From a virus, in IMG/VR virus record IMGVR_UViG_3300033153_007398, positions 1 through 47,087 of that record: a DNA stretch of 47,087 nt; one strand, written 5' to 3'. The position numbers and the translations under genes are program-made. Positions 8,963-18,910 of the stretch are shown one piece after another (positions within the stretch are counted from its first letter, which is position 1; the number at the start of each line of letters is the position of its first letter). The notes under the pieces were generated by a model. That model was given only the letters and a program-made list of their open reading frames with translations. It made no database searches and was not told the DNA's origin.

Positions 8963-8979
8963 GTAGATGGTTCATCTAC
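8963..8979 (+). terminator. short hairpin after the 8603 gene
   Basis: gtagatg-gtt-catctac, followed by ttaatt. A weak candidate attenuator. Confidence 0.2.
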
Positions 8980-8999
8980 TTAATTAAAGGAGAATAATA

Positions 9000-9377
9000 A
9001 TGACATCAAATGAAGTTTTTAAAGAATTATTAGAACTTGGTTGGGTAATACAATTGACTTCTTGCACTTGTGGTGGAAGATATGCTTGGATGAAGCCTAG
9101 ACTAAGTGGCAGTATGGAAATGGTAGGTTGTATCTGTCATAGTAATCCCTTTAAGTTATTATATAACTATAAAGAGGATATTAATAGATCTAAAATTAAT
9201 ACTTGTCCTTGGTGTGGATGTAAGATGACATATAGTATTCAGATGAAAGGCTGGATTATTACAAATATTACACCTCATGGTTATCAATGCCCATTAGGAA
9301 TGATTTCATTAGGTCATCGATATAATAGTAGTGAAGAGGCTCTTGAACATTGGAATAATTATAAGAAGGATAAATAA
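9000..9377 (+). CDS. cysteine-rich hypothetical protein (125 aa)
   Basis: ORF track. SD AAAGGAG. Several CxC/CxxC pairs (CTCGG, CPWCGC). Last gene of the + arm. Confidence 0.5.
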   Translation: MTSNEVFKELLELGWVIQLTSCTCGGRYAWMKPRLSGSMEMVGCICHSNPFKLLYNYKEDINRSKINTCPWCGCKMTYSIQMKGWIITNITPHGYQCPLGMISLGHRYNSSEEALEHWNNYKKDK

Positions 9378-9397
9378 ATATGTCTCAATACATATTT
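9376..9397. terminator. AT-rich hairpin in the convergent gap between the two arms
   Basis: aaatatgt / acatattt 8-bp stem with a 6-nt loop, with T-rich sequence following on the + strand. It is the only structure in the 45-nt gap between the convergent stops at 9377 and 9423. Weak because the stem is only 1/8 G:C. Confidence 0.3.
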
Positions 9398-9422
9398 TCT
9401 GACTTATCTCTATAAGTTCCAA

Positions 9423-12400
9423 CTAATCTTCCTCAACTTTATGCATTCCAAAGAGCTCTTTAAAGCCACTATCATATCGTTTAGATGGATAGTTACCTTC
9501 TTGAGCTCGCTTAACTTTCTCAATTGTGTTAAACTTAGTAATATCGGAGGGCCTATCAATAAGATCAGCCAAAGGTACTCCTGAGAAACCTACTTTATTA
9601 TCATGAAAGTTAAGGAATGGTGGATGAAGCATCATCTCTAATACTGAAGTATCATTAGCTCTAGCAACCATTTCAGCTGCACCAACAATCGCTAACCATT
9701 TAACCATTCTTGCACCACCGCTTGTACCAAATATATCTTTTTCATTTCTAAATGCTCTCTTAACTAAATTATATTTAAACTCAGCTAATTTAAAAGGTGT
9801 AATTTGAAACATCATAAGCATTCTAGGTAGAGTTCCTTTATACCATAATGGTTGGTCTATACCACCACGAAAATTAACCTCTAATACATTCTTCCAAATA
9901 GCATTTTCAAGTTCTCTAACTCCTAAATGCTTCTGCCTCCCCTTAACTAATCCAGCAAATATTGTAACACCATTATCTAACATCTCGGCCATTTGAGTAG
10001 GGCTACCAGATAACATTTGAGCATTCTCAACCCACTTATGTGCCACAGGAGTTTCTTGCATAGCTCTAAGTGCGGCTCTATTTGTATAAAAAGTTCTGTA
10101 TAAACCTAACTCTGCACCTTCAACTTGCTTTTTGCTATATCCCATATCTCCAAGTTTTTCCTTAGCGAATTGCACTGGGACTTTAGCAATTTTTACAGCT
10201 CCTTTAGCAGTATCTATAAACCCTAGTTCAGTCCAAGTAGCTGGTTGTTTTAATAAATGCTTATACATAACAGATAAAGACCCACCAATAAGTCTTACAT
10301 ACTCATAAGCTATTGCTAAATTAACTGCTCTATCAACAGGAGCTAATTCTCTAGGATTCCAATTTAACTCTTCCCATTTATCCATATATCTTTTCATTTT
10401 TGGTGGGGCAGTAGATTGCCACTCACCCCAACGATCCCTCCAACGTTGCCTAGCTAACTTACGCTCAACTAATGGAATATAAGCATCCATGATAGAATGA
10501 ATATCAGGAAACCACATTCCTCTACGCTCTCTCTGAGGTAAAAAATCCTCTAAAACTTTAGATCTACCACGCCTTTTAAAACCTTTAAACTTAGTCTCAA
10601 CTATATCAGAATATATAACGTCTAAATGCGGAATATAATTATCTATAGTAGCAATACCACTATCTAAAAGATCTTTTCCAGTTAGATCTAAATATTCTCT
10701 AACCATTTTAGATAGTTTTAACTCTTCTGGAGATAACTTTATATAATGAGGTAGTTTTCTAGCAGCATGTAATGCAACCCTAGCACTTGGATACTTATCC
10801 GCTAACTCTAATTGCTTTACTCTAATTTCATTCCTCATAGGTTTAAGATCTTTTTCAGCTAATTTTAATTTGTTTTTTATACCGGCAACTGTATTTTGTA
10901 CCTTAGTTTTTTTAACTTTAGCTATCCCTTTAGATGAAAGTAATCTATTATTATAATCAATACGATTTCTTAATCTTTGTAACTTATCAAATTCACTTTT
11001 ATACCTATCTAATATTGGTTGATACTCTTGTTTCATTGCTTTAGTATCTTTAGGAATCCTACCTGACTCATAATTCCACCATTTCCTATAATTAGTTTCA
11101 TTTAATATCTGTTGTTGAGAGGCTTTAAAAGCATCTATAACCCAATTGCTATTAATATCTAAGACTCGATTTACTACTCTATTTGGTGAACCTCTAAAAG
11201 TTCCTATATCTTTAAAACCTTCTCTTAATTTAGGCTCAAGATTTACTTCTATAGAGGACTTTGTCCGTTTAGGCATCCTATTACCTAAACGATAACGAGG
11301 AACATACCATCCCTTATTTGCTCGCTCAATCATATAAGCAACAGCTGTATTATCAGTAGGGTCTAACACACTATCATGAAATCTTCTAGAGTTAGTTAAT
11401 AGTTGATCCCCTTCAGCTACAGTTGGATCAGCTTTCCAATCACCTCTTCTAAACTCTTTAGTGGAAGGTTTAATAGAAACTTTATCTAAATCAGCTTGGC
11501 CTTTTCCAATTTGAGCTGCATGATTAATTATTTGTTCGATAGTTTCTTTAGGTACTTTGGCCAAATGCAGAAACTCTTCTAAAGGCATATCTAACTTCTC
11601 TGCATGAGCGATAAGTGTTCTAAACCCTTTATATACACTTTCTGATAACTCAGTAATTTCAGGAGAAGTTCCCGTCTCGTTATAAAGTTTCTTTAAAAAT
11701 CTATCAAGAACAGCTTCTTCATTAACAACAGGCTTATCTGACAACTTTGAACTGAGTTCCTCTATATCTATAATCTTTCCTCTATTTTTATTAATATCTA
11801 AAATTTTAGATTTAACTTTCTCTATTGAGTCAATAGGTTTATCTATTTTCTTATTGATCTCAACTAACATTCTGTCAGCAATCTCATTCATAGGATCATT
11901 AGGAGACATTTTTGCACCGAGGTCTTGAATCTTTTCCCTTGTAGCTTTCATTCCAACTTCATCATTCTCCCTTAGAGCCTTACCAACTTCTTCATTTATA
12001 GAGCGTAATTGTATTTCAGCTTCTGCAGTACCGATAATTTCAGTTTCTTTAATTGACTCAGCCTCAATAGCTGCCAATTCCTCATCAGTTATATCGATAG
12101 GTTTCTTTGTTCTTTCAGCTATAGCTTCTCTCTTTGCTAATTGTTCTCTAGCTGTTTCTTGTTTAGAAATATCTTTTTCAACTAATTCTTCTGCAATTAT
12201 AGCTTCTTTTTTTGCTAATTGTTCTTCCACAACCTTTTCAACTTTAATCTCTTCGACTAAAAGCTCTTTACCTCTCTTTTTAATAACTCTAGGTTTAATC
12301 TTTTGATCTAGACTCTTATCAACTACTGTATCAAGAACAGGCTTAACTCCTTCAACATCTGAAACTCTATCTATAACTTTAGGTTTTTTAATTACTCTAT

Positions 12401-13304
12401 TACTTGACTCTCTTCCTATAGATATATCTTGGATAGGCCCCATCATACGCTTATCAAGTCCATCTATAACTACATTAGAATCCTTTAAATCTAATTCTTT
12501 TAACTCATTGGCTAAAGTCTCTCCAATATCTTTGATATTTTCATCTATAATAGGGTCACTTGAGTCTAGCTTTTTAACTGTCTCCTGAAGACTCTTCATC
12601 TCGTTGGCTTTAGTTCGAGCTTTCCATTTAGCATTTCCAGTTTTAGCTACAGCACCAATAGCATAAAACTCAGTAAGCTCAACTATTAATCCCATAAAAA
12701 ATGCTGATCTATGATAGCCTAGTTCTTTATAAGATTCTTCAGTAGCTCTAGCCGGTGTAAGTAAATAGTCAATAGCCTTGCCAAGTTTCATAGATCTACT
12801 TTGGCCAACTTCAGTTTGAGGTTGATAAAACTTACTTCCAATATCTTCACTTCGAGCTTTAGTAAGTTCAACAATCTCTTCGCTAGTTAGACCTTTAAGA
12901 TTCTCTAGCCCAACTCTTTTTAATATATCTAATCCAACAAGATCTCCAACCTTCTCAACTCCTTGAACAGCTGATAAGGCTCCTATATCGAGAGCTTGGG
13001 TACCAGCAGTTGTCATCCATGCAGGTACTCCACCACCAATACTAAATATAGTATCTAAAGTTTCTAAACCCTCTTTATTAGTTTGTTGAAGGTTTTCCAT
13101 AAAGGCTGAACCTCCAGATTTAACTCTTTCTGTAAAACCTTTAGATTCTACTTCAGTTTCTTTAGATTCTTCAGATTGAGGACGAGAGATTACTCTTGCA
13201 GGTGTTGCTACACTTGTGCCACTTAAAACTTTATTATATTGTTCTTGGTTAATTCGTCCATCATCTAAGAAACGCTTAAATAATATCTCATCATTAGTAG
13301 GCAT
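9423..13304 (-). CDS. very large virion-associated protein (1293 aa; internal/ejection or tape-measure-like, function unresolved)
   Basis: Uninterrupted 3.9-kb ORF ending the structural arm. Its start overlaps the upstream stop by 1 nt. K/E-rich central coiled-coil-like segment with an internal EQLAK(K/R)EAI duplication. No enzymatic motif recognised. Confidence 0.55.
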   Translation of the reverse strand: MPTNDEILFKRFLDDGRINQEQYNKVLSGTSVATPARVISRPQSEESKETEVESKGFTERVKSGGSAFMENLQQTNKEGLETLDTIFSIGGGVPAWMTTAGTQALDIGALSAVQGVEKVGDLVGLDILKRVGLENLKGLTSEEIVELTKARSEDIGSKFYQPQTEVGQSRSMKLGKAIDYLLTPARATEESYKELGYHRSAFFMGLIVELTEFYAIGAVAKTGNAKWKARTKANEMKSLQETVKKLDSSDPIIDENIKDIGETLANELKELDLKDSNVVIDGLDKRMMGPIQDISIGRESSNRVIKKPKVIDRVSDVEGVKPVLDTVVDKSLDQKIKPRVIKKRGKELLVEEIKVEKVVEEQLAKKEAIIAEELVEKDISKQETAREQLAKREAIAERTKKPIDITDEELAAIEAESIKETEIIGTAEAEIQLRSINEEVGKALRENDEVGMKATREKIQDLGAKMSPNDPMNEIADRMLVEINKKIDKPIDSIEKVKSKILDINKNRGKIIDIEELSSKLSDKPVVNEEAVLDRFLKKLYNETGTSPEITELSESVYKGFRTLIAHAEKLDMPLEEFLHLAKVPKETIEQIINHAAQIGKGQADLDKVSIKPSTKEFRRGDWKADPTVAEGDQLLTNSRRFHDSVLDPTDNTAVAYMIERANKGWYVPRYRLGNRMPKRTKSSIEVNLEPKLREGFKDIGTFRGSPNRVVNRVLDINSNWVIDAFKASQQQILNETNYRKWWNYESGRIPKDTKAMKQEYQPILDRYKSEFDKLQRLRNRIDYNNRLLSSKGIAKVKKTKVQNTVAGIKNKLKLAEKDLKPMRNEIRVKQLELADKYPSARVALHAARKLPHYIKLSPEELKLSKMVREYLDLTGKDLLDSGIATIDNYIPHLDVIYSDIVETKFKGFKRRGRSKVLEDFLPQRERRGMWFPDIHSIMDAYIPLVERKLARQRWRDRWGEWQSTAPPKMKRYMDKWEELNWNPRELAPVDRAVNLAIAYEYVRLIGGSLSVMYKHLLKQPATWTELGFIDTAKGAVKIAKVPVQFAKEKLGDMGYSKKQVEGAELGLYRTFYTNRAALRAMQETPVAHKWVENAQMLSGSPTQMAEMLDNGVTIFAGLVKGRQKHLGVRELENAIWKNVLEVNFRGGIDQPLWYKGTLPRMLMMFQITPFKLAEFKYNLVKRAFRNEKDIFGTSGGARMVKWLAIVGAAEMVARANDTSVLEMMLHPPFLNFHDNKVGFSGVPLADLIDRPSDITKFNTIEKVKRAQEGNYPSKRYDSGFKELFGMHKVEED

Positions 13305-14662
13305 TATTTATATTCCTCTAATTCCATATCAAACTCAGACTTTAGATATTCTTGAAGAGCCTCAAAAGTATTTGCTGGAGTTCCATCCTCATAAGTTGTA
13401 TTACTAATAATAGCATGGACATCCGAAGCAGTCATAGGTACTTTTGTTCCAGCAACATCTTTAACAGGAAGCTTAAATCTCTTAGTACTTATTACATCCT
13501 TATCTGGCCAGAATGCATCAACCCCTAAAAAAGTCTCTACTTGAGTATCTGGGCGTACTACTGTAAAATAAGGTTTATCAGAGAACGCATTAATTGAACT
13601 TGTAAGAATGCTAGCTCCTTTTTGAAACTCCTCTTCACTTAGCTTATTATCATTCCTTAAAGCCATCATCTTATTAAGATCAAGTTCAGATTTAAGTGTA
13701 TCCTTTCGCATAGATCTAATTTGAGCATTAGTCACCTTGCCAGATTTTAAATTCTCTAAAGCCAATTGTCTTGCAAAGGTTGGATCGGCTTTATGTAGTA
13801 AAGATACTGGAGCTTTTGATGGATCACCATCATACTGACTATCAATTGTATCCCAAGCCTTTTTAGATGCTACTGAAGCAGCCTTGTCTCTACCAAGTAC
13901 AGCCAGACGTTCTGTAGCGAGTTCTCTTTGGGGTGCATTAATCCTTAAGTTAGCTAATTTAGTAGCTTGTGTAGCAGCCTCCTCCCTTATCTTCTTCCCT
14001 AACAATTCCTTCCTAGTTGCCGGAACACCTGAGACAGTTTGATCTAAAGTACCTTCTCTAATAGTCTGACCTTGTGTTTGCGCAGAAAGCTCACTAAGAA
14101 TATCCTGCCAAGCTTGATTCTTTTTAAGTGTTCCAACATTCAGCATATTCTGAAGACCTATTCCAACTAAATTTCTATAGTTGACATCACCAATATCTCT
14201 ACCGGAAAGTGCTTCTGAAATTCTGGTCGGTGATGTCTGAGAAGGAAAAGGGGCTGCCCCAGTTGGAGTACCTCTCACCGGAGTTTTAAGTGCACTACCT
14301 TGTTGTTGATTATCGGGAATTCCATCCTCATTTAAATCTTCAGTAACTGTAGTAACTCTTTGAGGTTTTCCAGTTGGGCCAACAGTATCTTTAATAACTC
14401 TACTAGTTTCACCAGTAGTACCTGCAGGAGTTTGTTTCTTCCTGTCTAATTCTCTAGCAGCTATATTCTCTCTAGATAAGTTCCTTCCAAATCCACTAAG
14501 AGCTTCTACAAAAGGGTTTCCTTGACCTATAACTCCCCCAAGTGTAGCACCAAGGTTAGCAAGCGCATCAATAGGAATCTTTCTATTACCTAAATTAAAA
14601 GTATCTTTCCCACCAGACGTTTGAAACATCTGAAAATCTTTAACTGTTCCTTCAAAAGCCAT
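13304..14662 (-). CDS. virion protein, function unknown (452 aa)
   Basis: ORF track. Sits in the structural operon. SD (AGGAGGATG on the - strand). Confidence 0.5.
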   Translation of the reverse strand: MAFEGTVKDFQMFQTSGGKDTFNLGNRKIPIDALANLGATLGGVIGQGNPFVEALSGFGRNLSRENIAARELDRKKQTPAGTTGETSRVIKDTVGPTGKPQRVTTVTEDLNEDGIPDNQQQGSALKTPVRGTPTGAAPFPSQTSPTRISEALSGRDIGDVNYRNLVGIGLQNMLNVGTLKKNQAWQDILSELSAQTQGQTIREGTLDQTVSGVPATRKELLGKKIREEAATQATKLANLRINAPQRELATERLAVLGRDKAASVASKKAWDTIDSQYDGDPSKAPVSLLHKADPTFARQLALENLKSGKVTNAQIRSMRKDTLKSELDLNKMMALRNDNKLSEEEFQKGASILTSSINAFSDKPYFTVVRPDTQVETFLGVDAFWPDKDVISTKRFKLPVKDVAGTKVPMTASDVHAIISNTTYEDGTPANTFEALQEYLKSEFDMELEEYK

Positions 14663-14675
14663 AACATCCTCCTAT

Positions 14676-15473
14676 TTAAAATAACCTTCTTTCATCCTCT
14701 GCAATTCTACCAGGAGAAACTCCAGGACCTCGGAAGTCTCCACCATTATTTAGATTACTAATAGAACTAAATTGTGTGGGGGTTTCTTCACCTGTAGAAG
14801 TTTCTAATGTTGGTGTTATAGGAAAAATATCATCCTCATCTTCATCCCTCACAATAGTCCCACCAGCTGCAGAAGCTCTTCTGGATAAACTAGTTCCTTT
14901 TAATGAACCCACCCCGCCACTACTTCTGCCACCACTAGAAGGTGTTCCAGTACTACCTCCACCAAACCCTGGTATAGTAGATCCTGGTACTACAGGGTCT
15001 GTAATCGATTCAGCTATTTGCTCCGCTGATATCCCTTGATCCTTCATCCAATTAAGAGTCTCTGCTATAGACTCATACATAATAGGAGGGGTGCCAAAAC
15101 CTAATATCTCTGGTTGTTCTAACCAAGCTAATTCATCAGTAAGATTAAAATCTGTATAAGTACTTGGGTCAGTAGTATGCCTAACAATCTCATACCCACC
15201 TTCTGCTAATTTTGTTACGTGTTCTGCTGGATTAAAAGCACTAAGATCAGCCCCCGTTGTATTTTCTAATTGAGCTATTGGGTTAAGAGCGTCACCAATA
15301 TTACCTTCCAAAAGACTATCTACATTATTTATTGGATTAAGAAAATCACCTACATCACCAAGACCAAAATTTGACCCGGAATCACTAGGTGTATAATCTG
15401 GTCCAAAATCTGTGACTAAAAGATCCTTAACAACTGACTCATCAAAACTTGGATCAAAAACTATTCCAGGCAT
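14676..15473 (-). CDS. Gly/Ser-rich virion protein (265 aa)
   Basis: ORF track. GFGGGSTGTPSSGGRSSGGVGS low-complexity segment. Structural operon context. Confidence 0.5.
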   Translation of the reverse strand: MPGIVFDPSFDESVVKDLLVTDFGPDYTPSDSGSNFGLGDVGDFLNPINNVDSLLEGNIGDALNPIAQLENTTGADLSAFNPAEHVTKLAEGGYEIVRHTTDPSTYTDFNLTDELAWLEQPEILGFGTPPIMYESIAETLNWMKDQGISAEQIAESITDPVVPGSTIPGFGGGSTGTPSSGGRSSGGVGSLKGTSLSRRASAAGGTIVRDEDEDDIFPITPTLETSTGEETPTQFSSISNLNNGGDFRGPGVSPGRIAEDERRLF

Positions 15474-15487
15474 AACTCCTCCTTACA

Positions 15488-16567
15488 TTACCCAGTTAAA
15501 TATCCACCAATTCCGCCAGCTACTGCGCCTATACCAGCCCCCCAAGGACCAAATGCTGATCCAACAGCAGCTCCACTTAATGCACCACCTAATGCAGATG
15601 CATTTTTGCCTGGCCTTGCATTACCTCCACCTCTACCACCACCAATAGCCCCTAACATAGTTGCGCCATACTGAAATACTTCGAGTCCCCACAATGCGTC
15701 AAAAGCATCTAGTTCAAGATTTCTATCAACCTCCTCTTGTTGAGATATAATCTGAAGTCTATTAGATTCTATAGTATAATGCATAACAGTTTTATCAAGT
15801 TCTATTTCTTGAACATATCCAGCATAGATAGTATTGGCCATTGTAGCTATCATTGCTTGTCTAGCTTTCTCTAACTCAACCCCACTATCATAAACCTTTC
15901 CAGCCATTGTAGATATAACTGCTCTTCGATTCTTCTCAATATCAGCATCTATCATATCCTTTTGAAGAAATGCTTTTGTTCTCAAGTCACCTTGATAAGC
16001 ATTAACATCTCTAGATGCTTTAGCTTCAATATCAGCTTGGCCCATTACAAAGGATGAACTTAAGACAGAATTGATTGTTAGCATTCCAGCTTGGAATCTT
16101 GGAAGAACATCGTTTTCAACTCTCTCATCAACTAGATCTTCAAACGCTCCAACTGCTGTAGATATCTCATCCTCGGCAGCTGGAGTTACTGCATTAGTCA
16201 TACCATCAAAAGCAGCCTCTGCAGTTGTCATAGTTGTTCCAATAGTATCAACTGCATCTGACATAGCTTCAAAATCAGTTTCCGCTAAAGCCATAGCACT
16301 AGTCCAATGACCAGTTACATCATAAGCAGCTACTACCGTTGCAAAAGATGAAACAGCTGCAGTTATTGCAGTATTCTCGGTTGAAGGATCGAATGCAACT
16401 TCTCCTGTATAAGGATTTCCACTTAAAGCAGTATCCATTTCAGATTCAATATCTGAACTACAGTTAGCAGCTTCTGCAGCTGCGCTATCACCATATAACC
16501 AATCTGCATGAGTCTCTTTTATATATGATGGAAAATCTACAGTTCCTGCTGCCCCACCACCACCCAT
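15488..16567 (-). CDS. virion protein with a C-terminal glycine-zipper segment (359 aa)
   Basis: N-terminal MGGGGAAGT and C-terminal GGALSGAAVGSAFGPWGAGIGAVAGGIGGYLTG (GxxxG-type membrane-insertion-like zipper). SD AAAAGGAGGAG. Confidence 0.5.
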   Translation of the reverse strand: MGGGGAAGTVDFPSYIKETHADWLYGDSAAAEAANCSSDIESEMDTALSGNPYTGEVAFDPSTENTAITAAVSSFATVVAAYDVTGHWTSAMALAETDFEAMSDAVDTIGTTMTTAEAAFDGMTNAVTPAAEDEISTAVGAFEDLVDERVENDVLPRFQAGMLTINSVLSSSFVMGQADIEAKASRDVNAYQGDLRTKAFLQKDMIDADIEKNRRAVISTMAGKVYDSGVELEKARQAMIATMANTIYAGYVQEIELDKTVMHYTIESNRLQIISQQEEVDRNLELDAFDALWGLEVFQYGATMLGAIGGGRGGGNARPGKNASALGGALSGAAVGSAFGPWGAGIGAVAGGIGGYLTG

Positions 16568-16582
16568 AACTCCTCCTTTTCC

Positions 16583-16608
16583 AACTATTATGAATAAATC
16601 ATGATAGT
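16583..16608. repeat. 27-nt palindromic element, copy 2
   Basis: aactattatgaataaatcatgatagt. Overlaps the stop of the 16599 gene, just upstream of the SD of the 16567 gene (- arm). Confidence 0.8.
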
Positions 16609-17006
16609 GGAATTACTATATAGTGTGATTCAATCATACCATCAATTCTTCTGGCCATATTAAGTATCCCATTATTATTAGTATAGCCAGTCATCATCTT
16701 ACAACCTTTATCTCTAGCATAAATTTCAAGAGTATTAATACTATCAAGCCAAGCTTTCTGATTAATCTTAGTTGAAACATAAAGAGAATGAATTAGAAGA
16801 TCCTCATTCCCAATAGCTGTTACTACAATCCCAACTATATCATCATGATCAACTATGAACCAACAAATCATAATTCTACCTAATAAATTAGCCAAGATTA
16901 AATTAAGATCATCCTTAGATAATGGAAAAGGGCTTGAGGCTTCTACTGCATATTTAATCTGATTCCATTTCAACGCCACATCCTGAGGAGTCTGTTTCAC
17001 TAGCAT
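16599..17006 (-). CDS. hypothetical protein (135 aa)
   Basis: ORF track. GGAAGGA RBS 7 nt upstream. Overlaps the upstream gene by 53 nt. Its stop lies inside the 16583 palindrome copy. Confidence 0.45.
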   Translation of the reverse strand: MLVKQTPQDVALKWNQIKYAVEASSPFPLSKDDLNLILANLLGRIMICWFIVDHDDIVGIVVTAIGNEDLLIHSLYVSTKINQKAWLDSINTLEIYARDKGCKMMTGYTNNNGILNMARRIDGMIESHYIVIPLS

Positions 17007-17517
17007 TTATTATTCCTTCCATTTCAATTAATAGATCATCTACTAAATATGATTTAACTACACTATCTTTAATACCTAAATGATATAAGATTGAAATACT
17101 TACTCCACCCATATCTATTGATCTACCATCTACAGAGATAGCACTATACAAAGAAATAATATCACCTGGTTCTACAGGTATATCTATATCTAATATAGCA
17201 TATCTATCCTTAATAGTTATAACTCTTTCAACTAAGGTACTATTCCTCTCTAATTTACAAATAAAAGCATATTCTTCTTGAGGTTTAGGAGTGTTACCTA
17301 CAGCAATTCCGACTTTACTAATTTTGCCTCTAGCAATTATGAAATGTTTATATATTAATCCATTTTCATCTGGTTCAACTGTATAATAGGAAATTAGAAT
17401 AGGAGGAATTATACCTCTTTTCTTTTTACTTCTATTACCAATAACTCTATTAAAAAGTATCTCTGCCATCTTTAACTTTTGCTCAACTGTCCCAGTTAAT
17501 CTAATCCTCTTAGCCAT
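16954..17517 (-). CDS. hypothetical virion-module protein (187 aa)
   Basis: ORF track. Operon context. Confidence 0.45.
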   Translation of the reverse strand: MAKRIRLTGTVEQKLKMAEILFNRVIGNRSKKKRGIIPPILISYYTVEPDENGLIYKHFIIARGKISKVGIAVGNTPKPQEEYAFICKLERNSTLVERVITIKDRYAILDIDIPVEPGDIISLYSAISVDGRSIDMGGVSISILYHLGIKDSVVKSYLVDDLLIEMEGIINASETDSSGCGVEMESD

Positions 17518-18898
17518 TAATTTCCCTCCGACCTCTTAAGTTATGCTTATCCACAAATTGCATCTTTATTTTTAACCTTTTAATATCAAAGTCACTATCA
17601 CTATCTCTATAATCTTCACATCTAATACCTACTCTAAAATCTGAGGCAGTTATCCTCTTACTAGAAACTCCTTTGTTATTAATAGGAGTCCAACTGCTCT
17701 CAGTAAAGGTTTTAGTTTGATGATCACTCTTATATTGTATAGCGCATTCTAATGGCCTCGCATTTCCACCATTAGTAGATAAGTAATGTCCATCAAACTC
17801 AACAGTCGTAAGAGTCTTATGACCTCTTTGGTTAAAGTTAAGAGTATCAGCCATTATTCTAATTTTATAATCTGCGCTATCTGCCCAAAAGCCAAATAAT
17901 CCAGAGTTAGTATATATAACTGATGTAGTTAGTTGATTAGTAGAATACAATCCAAACTCAGTTAAGACATAACCAATTTGCCCATTAGATATATAGAATC
18001 TTCTAAACTCTGGAAGATAAGTTACAATAGTATCATACCTTCCACCTCCAGGATCAGTAAATAAAGGAGTCATAAACTCTCTATAACCAAGTTTAGTATA
18101 TGTAGGAATATTACCGGGCTTAACTACCCAAAAGTCATTATAATTATCTATAAATCCATGAATACTACTATCCCCAGCAATATGATTCCCACTCCTAATT
18201 CCTAATGATTGAACATCCTGGAGACTATAAGTAAATATTGGTTGGCTAACTGGAGATATAGAAGCTATCCCAAAGTTACCATATACTATAACAGAGTTAC
18301 CTAATTGCTTCATAGCATGGATTATTCCTGAATGTTCGGAACTTTCCCAATCACTATTTCTTGCCCAGGGAATCTGCCTATAACCAGTTGTCTTATAGAA
18401 TGGATTATCCTTACTCGATCTAAAATCAACTCCTCCAATACCTGCCCAAGCAATAGTACTTAAATTAAAATCATTCCAAGGAATAGTTTCTACATTATTA
18501 ACAATTCCTCCAATTAATAACTGTCCATTAAAGGTACAATTAGCTGAATGAGTTGGGACATAAGTAGTTGGATGAATAGTGTGAGTAGCATCCTCTCCAA
18601 AAGTTCCAGGAACCCTCTGCCAACTCCCAATTACATTAGTACTTCCATCTTTACCTATTACAGAGATTAAGTAGAATTGTTGAACTTGAGCAATGCTAAT
18701 ATAATCAATCTCACTCGCTATACCTAAATCAAGTAACTCAACAGCATTCCAGTCATTACCTGAAGCTACTTTATAGAACTCATAAAGATATAGATTGGAA
18801 CTAACTGGAGCTACAGCAAGGAGATAATTATCTATATTAAAAACTCTAGGCCAGGGCCAAGCTACTGTCCATGTGCCACTATCAGAAGATATAGCCAT
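17510..18898 (-). CDS. tail-associated protein, function unknown (462 aa)
   Basis: ORF track. Immediately downstream of the tailspike gene. Beta-rich composition. Confidence 0.5.
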   Translation of the reverse strand: MAISSDSGTWTVAWPWPRVFNIDNYLLAVAPVSSNLYLYEFYKVASGNDWNAVELLDLGIASEIDYISIAQVQQFYLISVIGKDGSTNVIGSWQRVPGTFGEDATHTIHPTTYVPTHSANCTFNGQLLIGGIVNNVETIPWNDFNLSTIAWAGIGGVDFRSSKDNPFYKTTGYRQIPWARNSDWESSEHSGIIHAMKQLGNSVIVYGNFGIASISPVSQPIFTYSLQDVQSLGIRSGNHIAGDSSIHGFIDNYNDFWVVKPGNIPTYTKLGYREFMTPLFTDPGGGRYDTIVTYLPEFRRFYISNGQIGYVLTEFGLYSTNQLTTSVIYTNSGLFGFWADSADYKIRIMADTLNFNQRGHKTLTTVEFDGHYLSTNGGNARPLECAIQYKSDHQTKTFTESSWTPINNKGVSSKRITASDFRVGIRCEDYRDSDSDFDIKRLKIKMQFVDKHNLRGRREING

Positions 18899-18910
18899 AT
18901 TAATTAAATC

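Noticed and set aside
9423-13304. Calling the 1293-aa protein a tape-measure protein, and hence the phage a siphovirus or myovirus
   Set aside because: I recognised no major tail, tail-terminator, tail-assembly-chaperone frameshift pair or baseplate genes. The gene also sits at the end of the operon rather than in front of distal tail genes. The call was left open in the feature list.
16599-17006. Possible GNAT-type acetyltransferase assignment for the 135-aa virion-module protein
   Set aside because: The strand-helix pattern of the C-terminal half is loosely GNAT-like, but the acetyl-CoA-binding (Q/R)xxGxG/A motif is absent. I have no alignment, so I left it as hypothetical.
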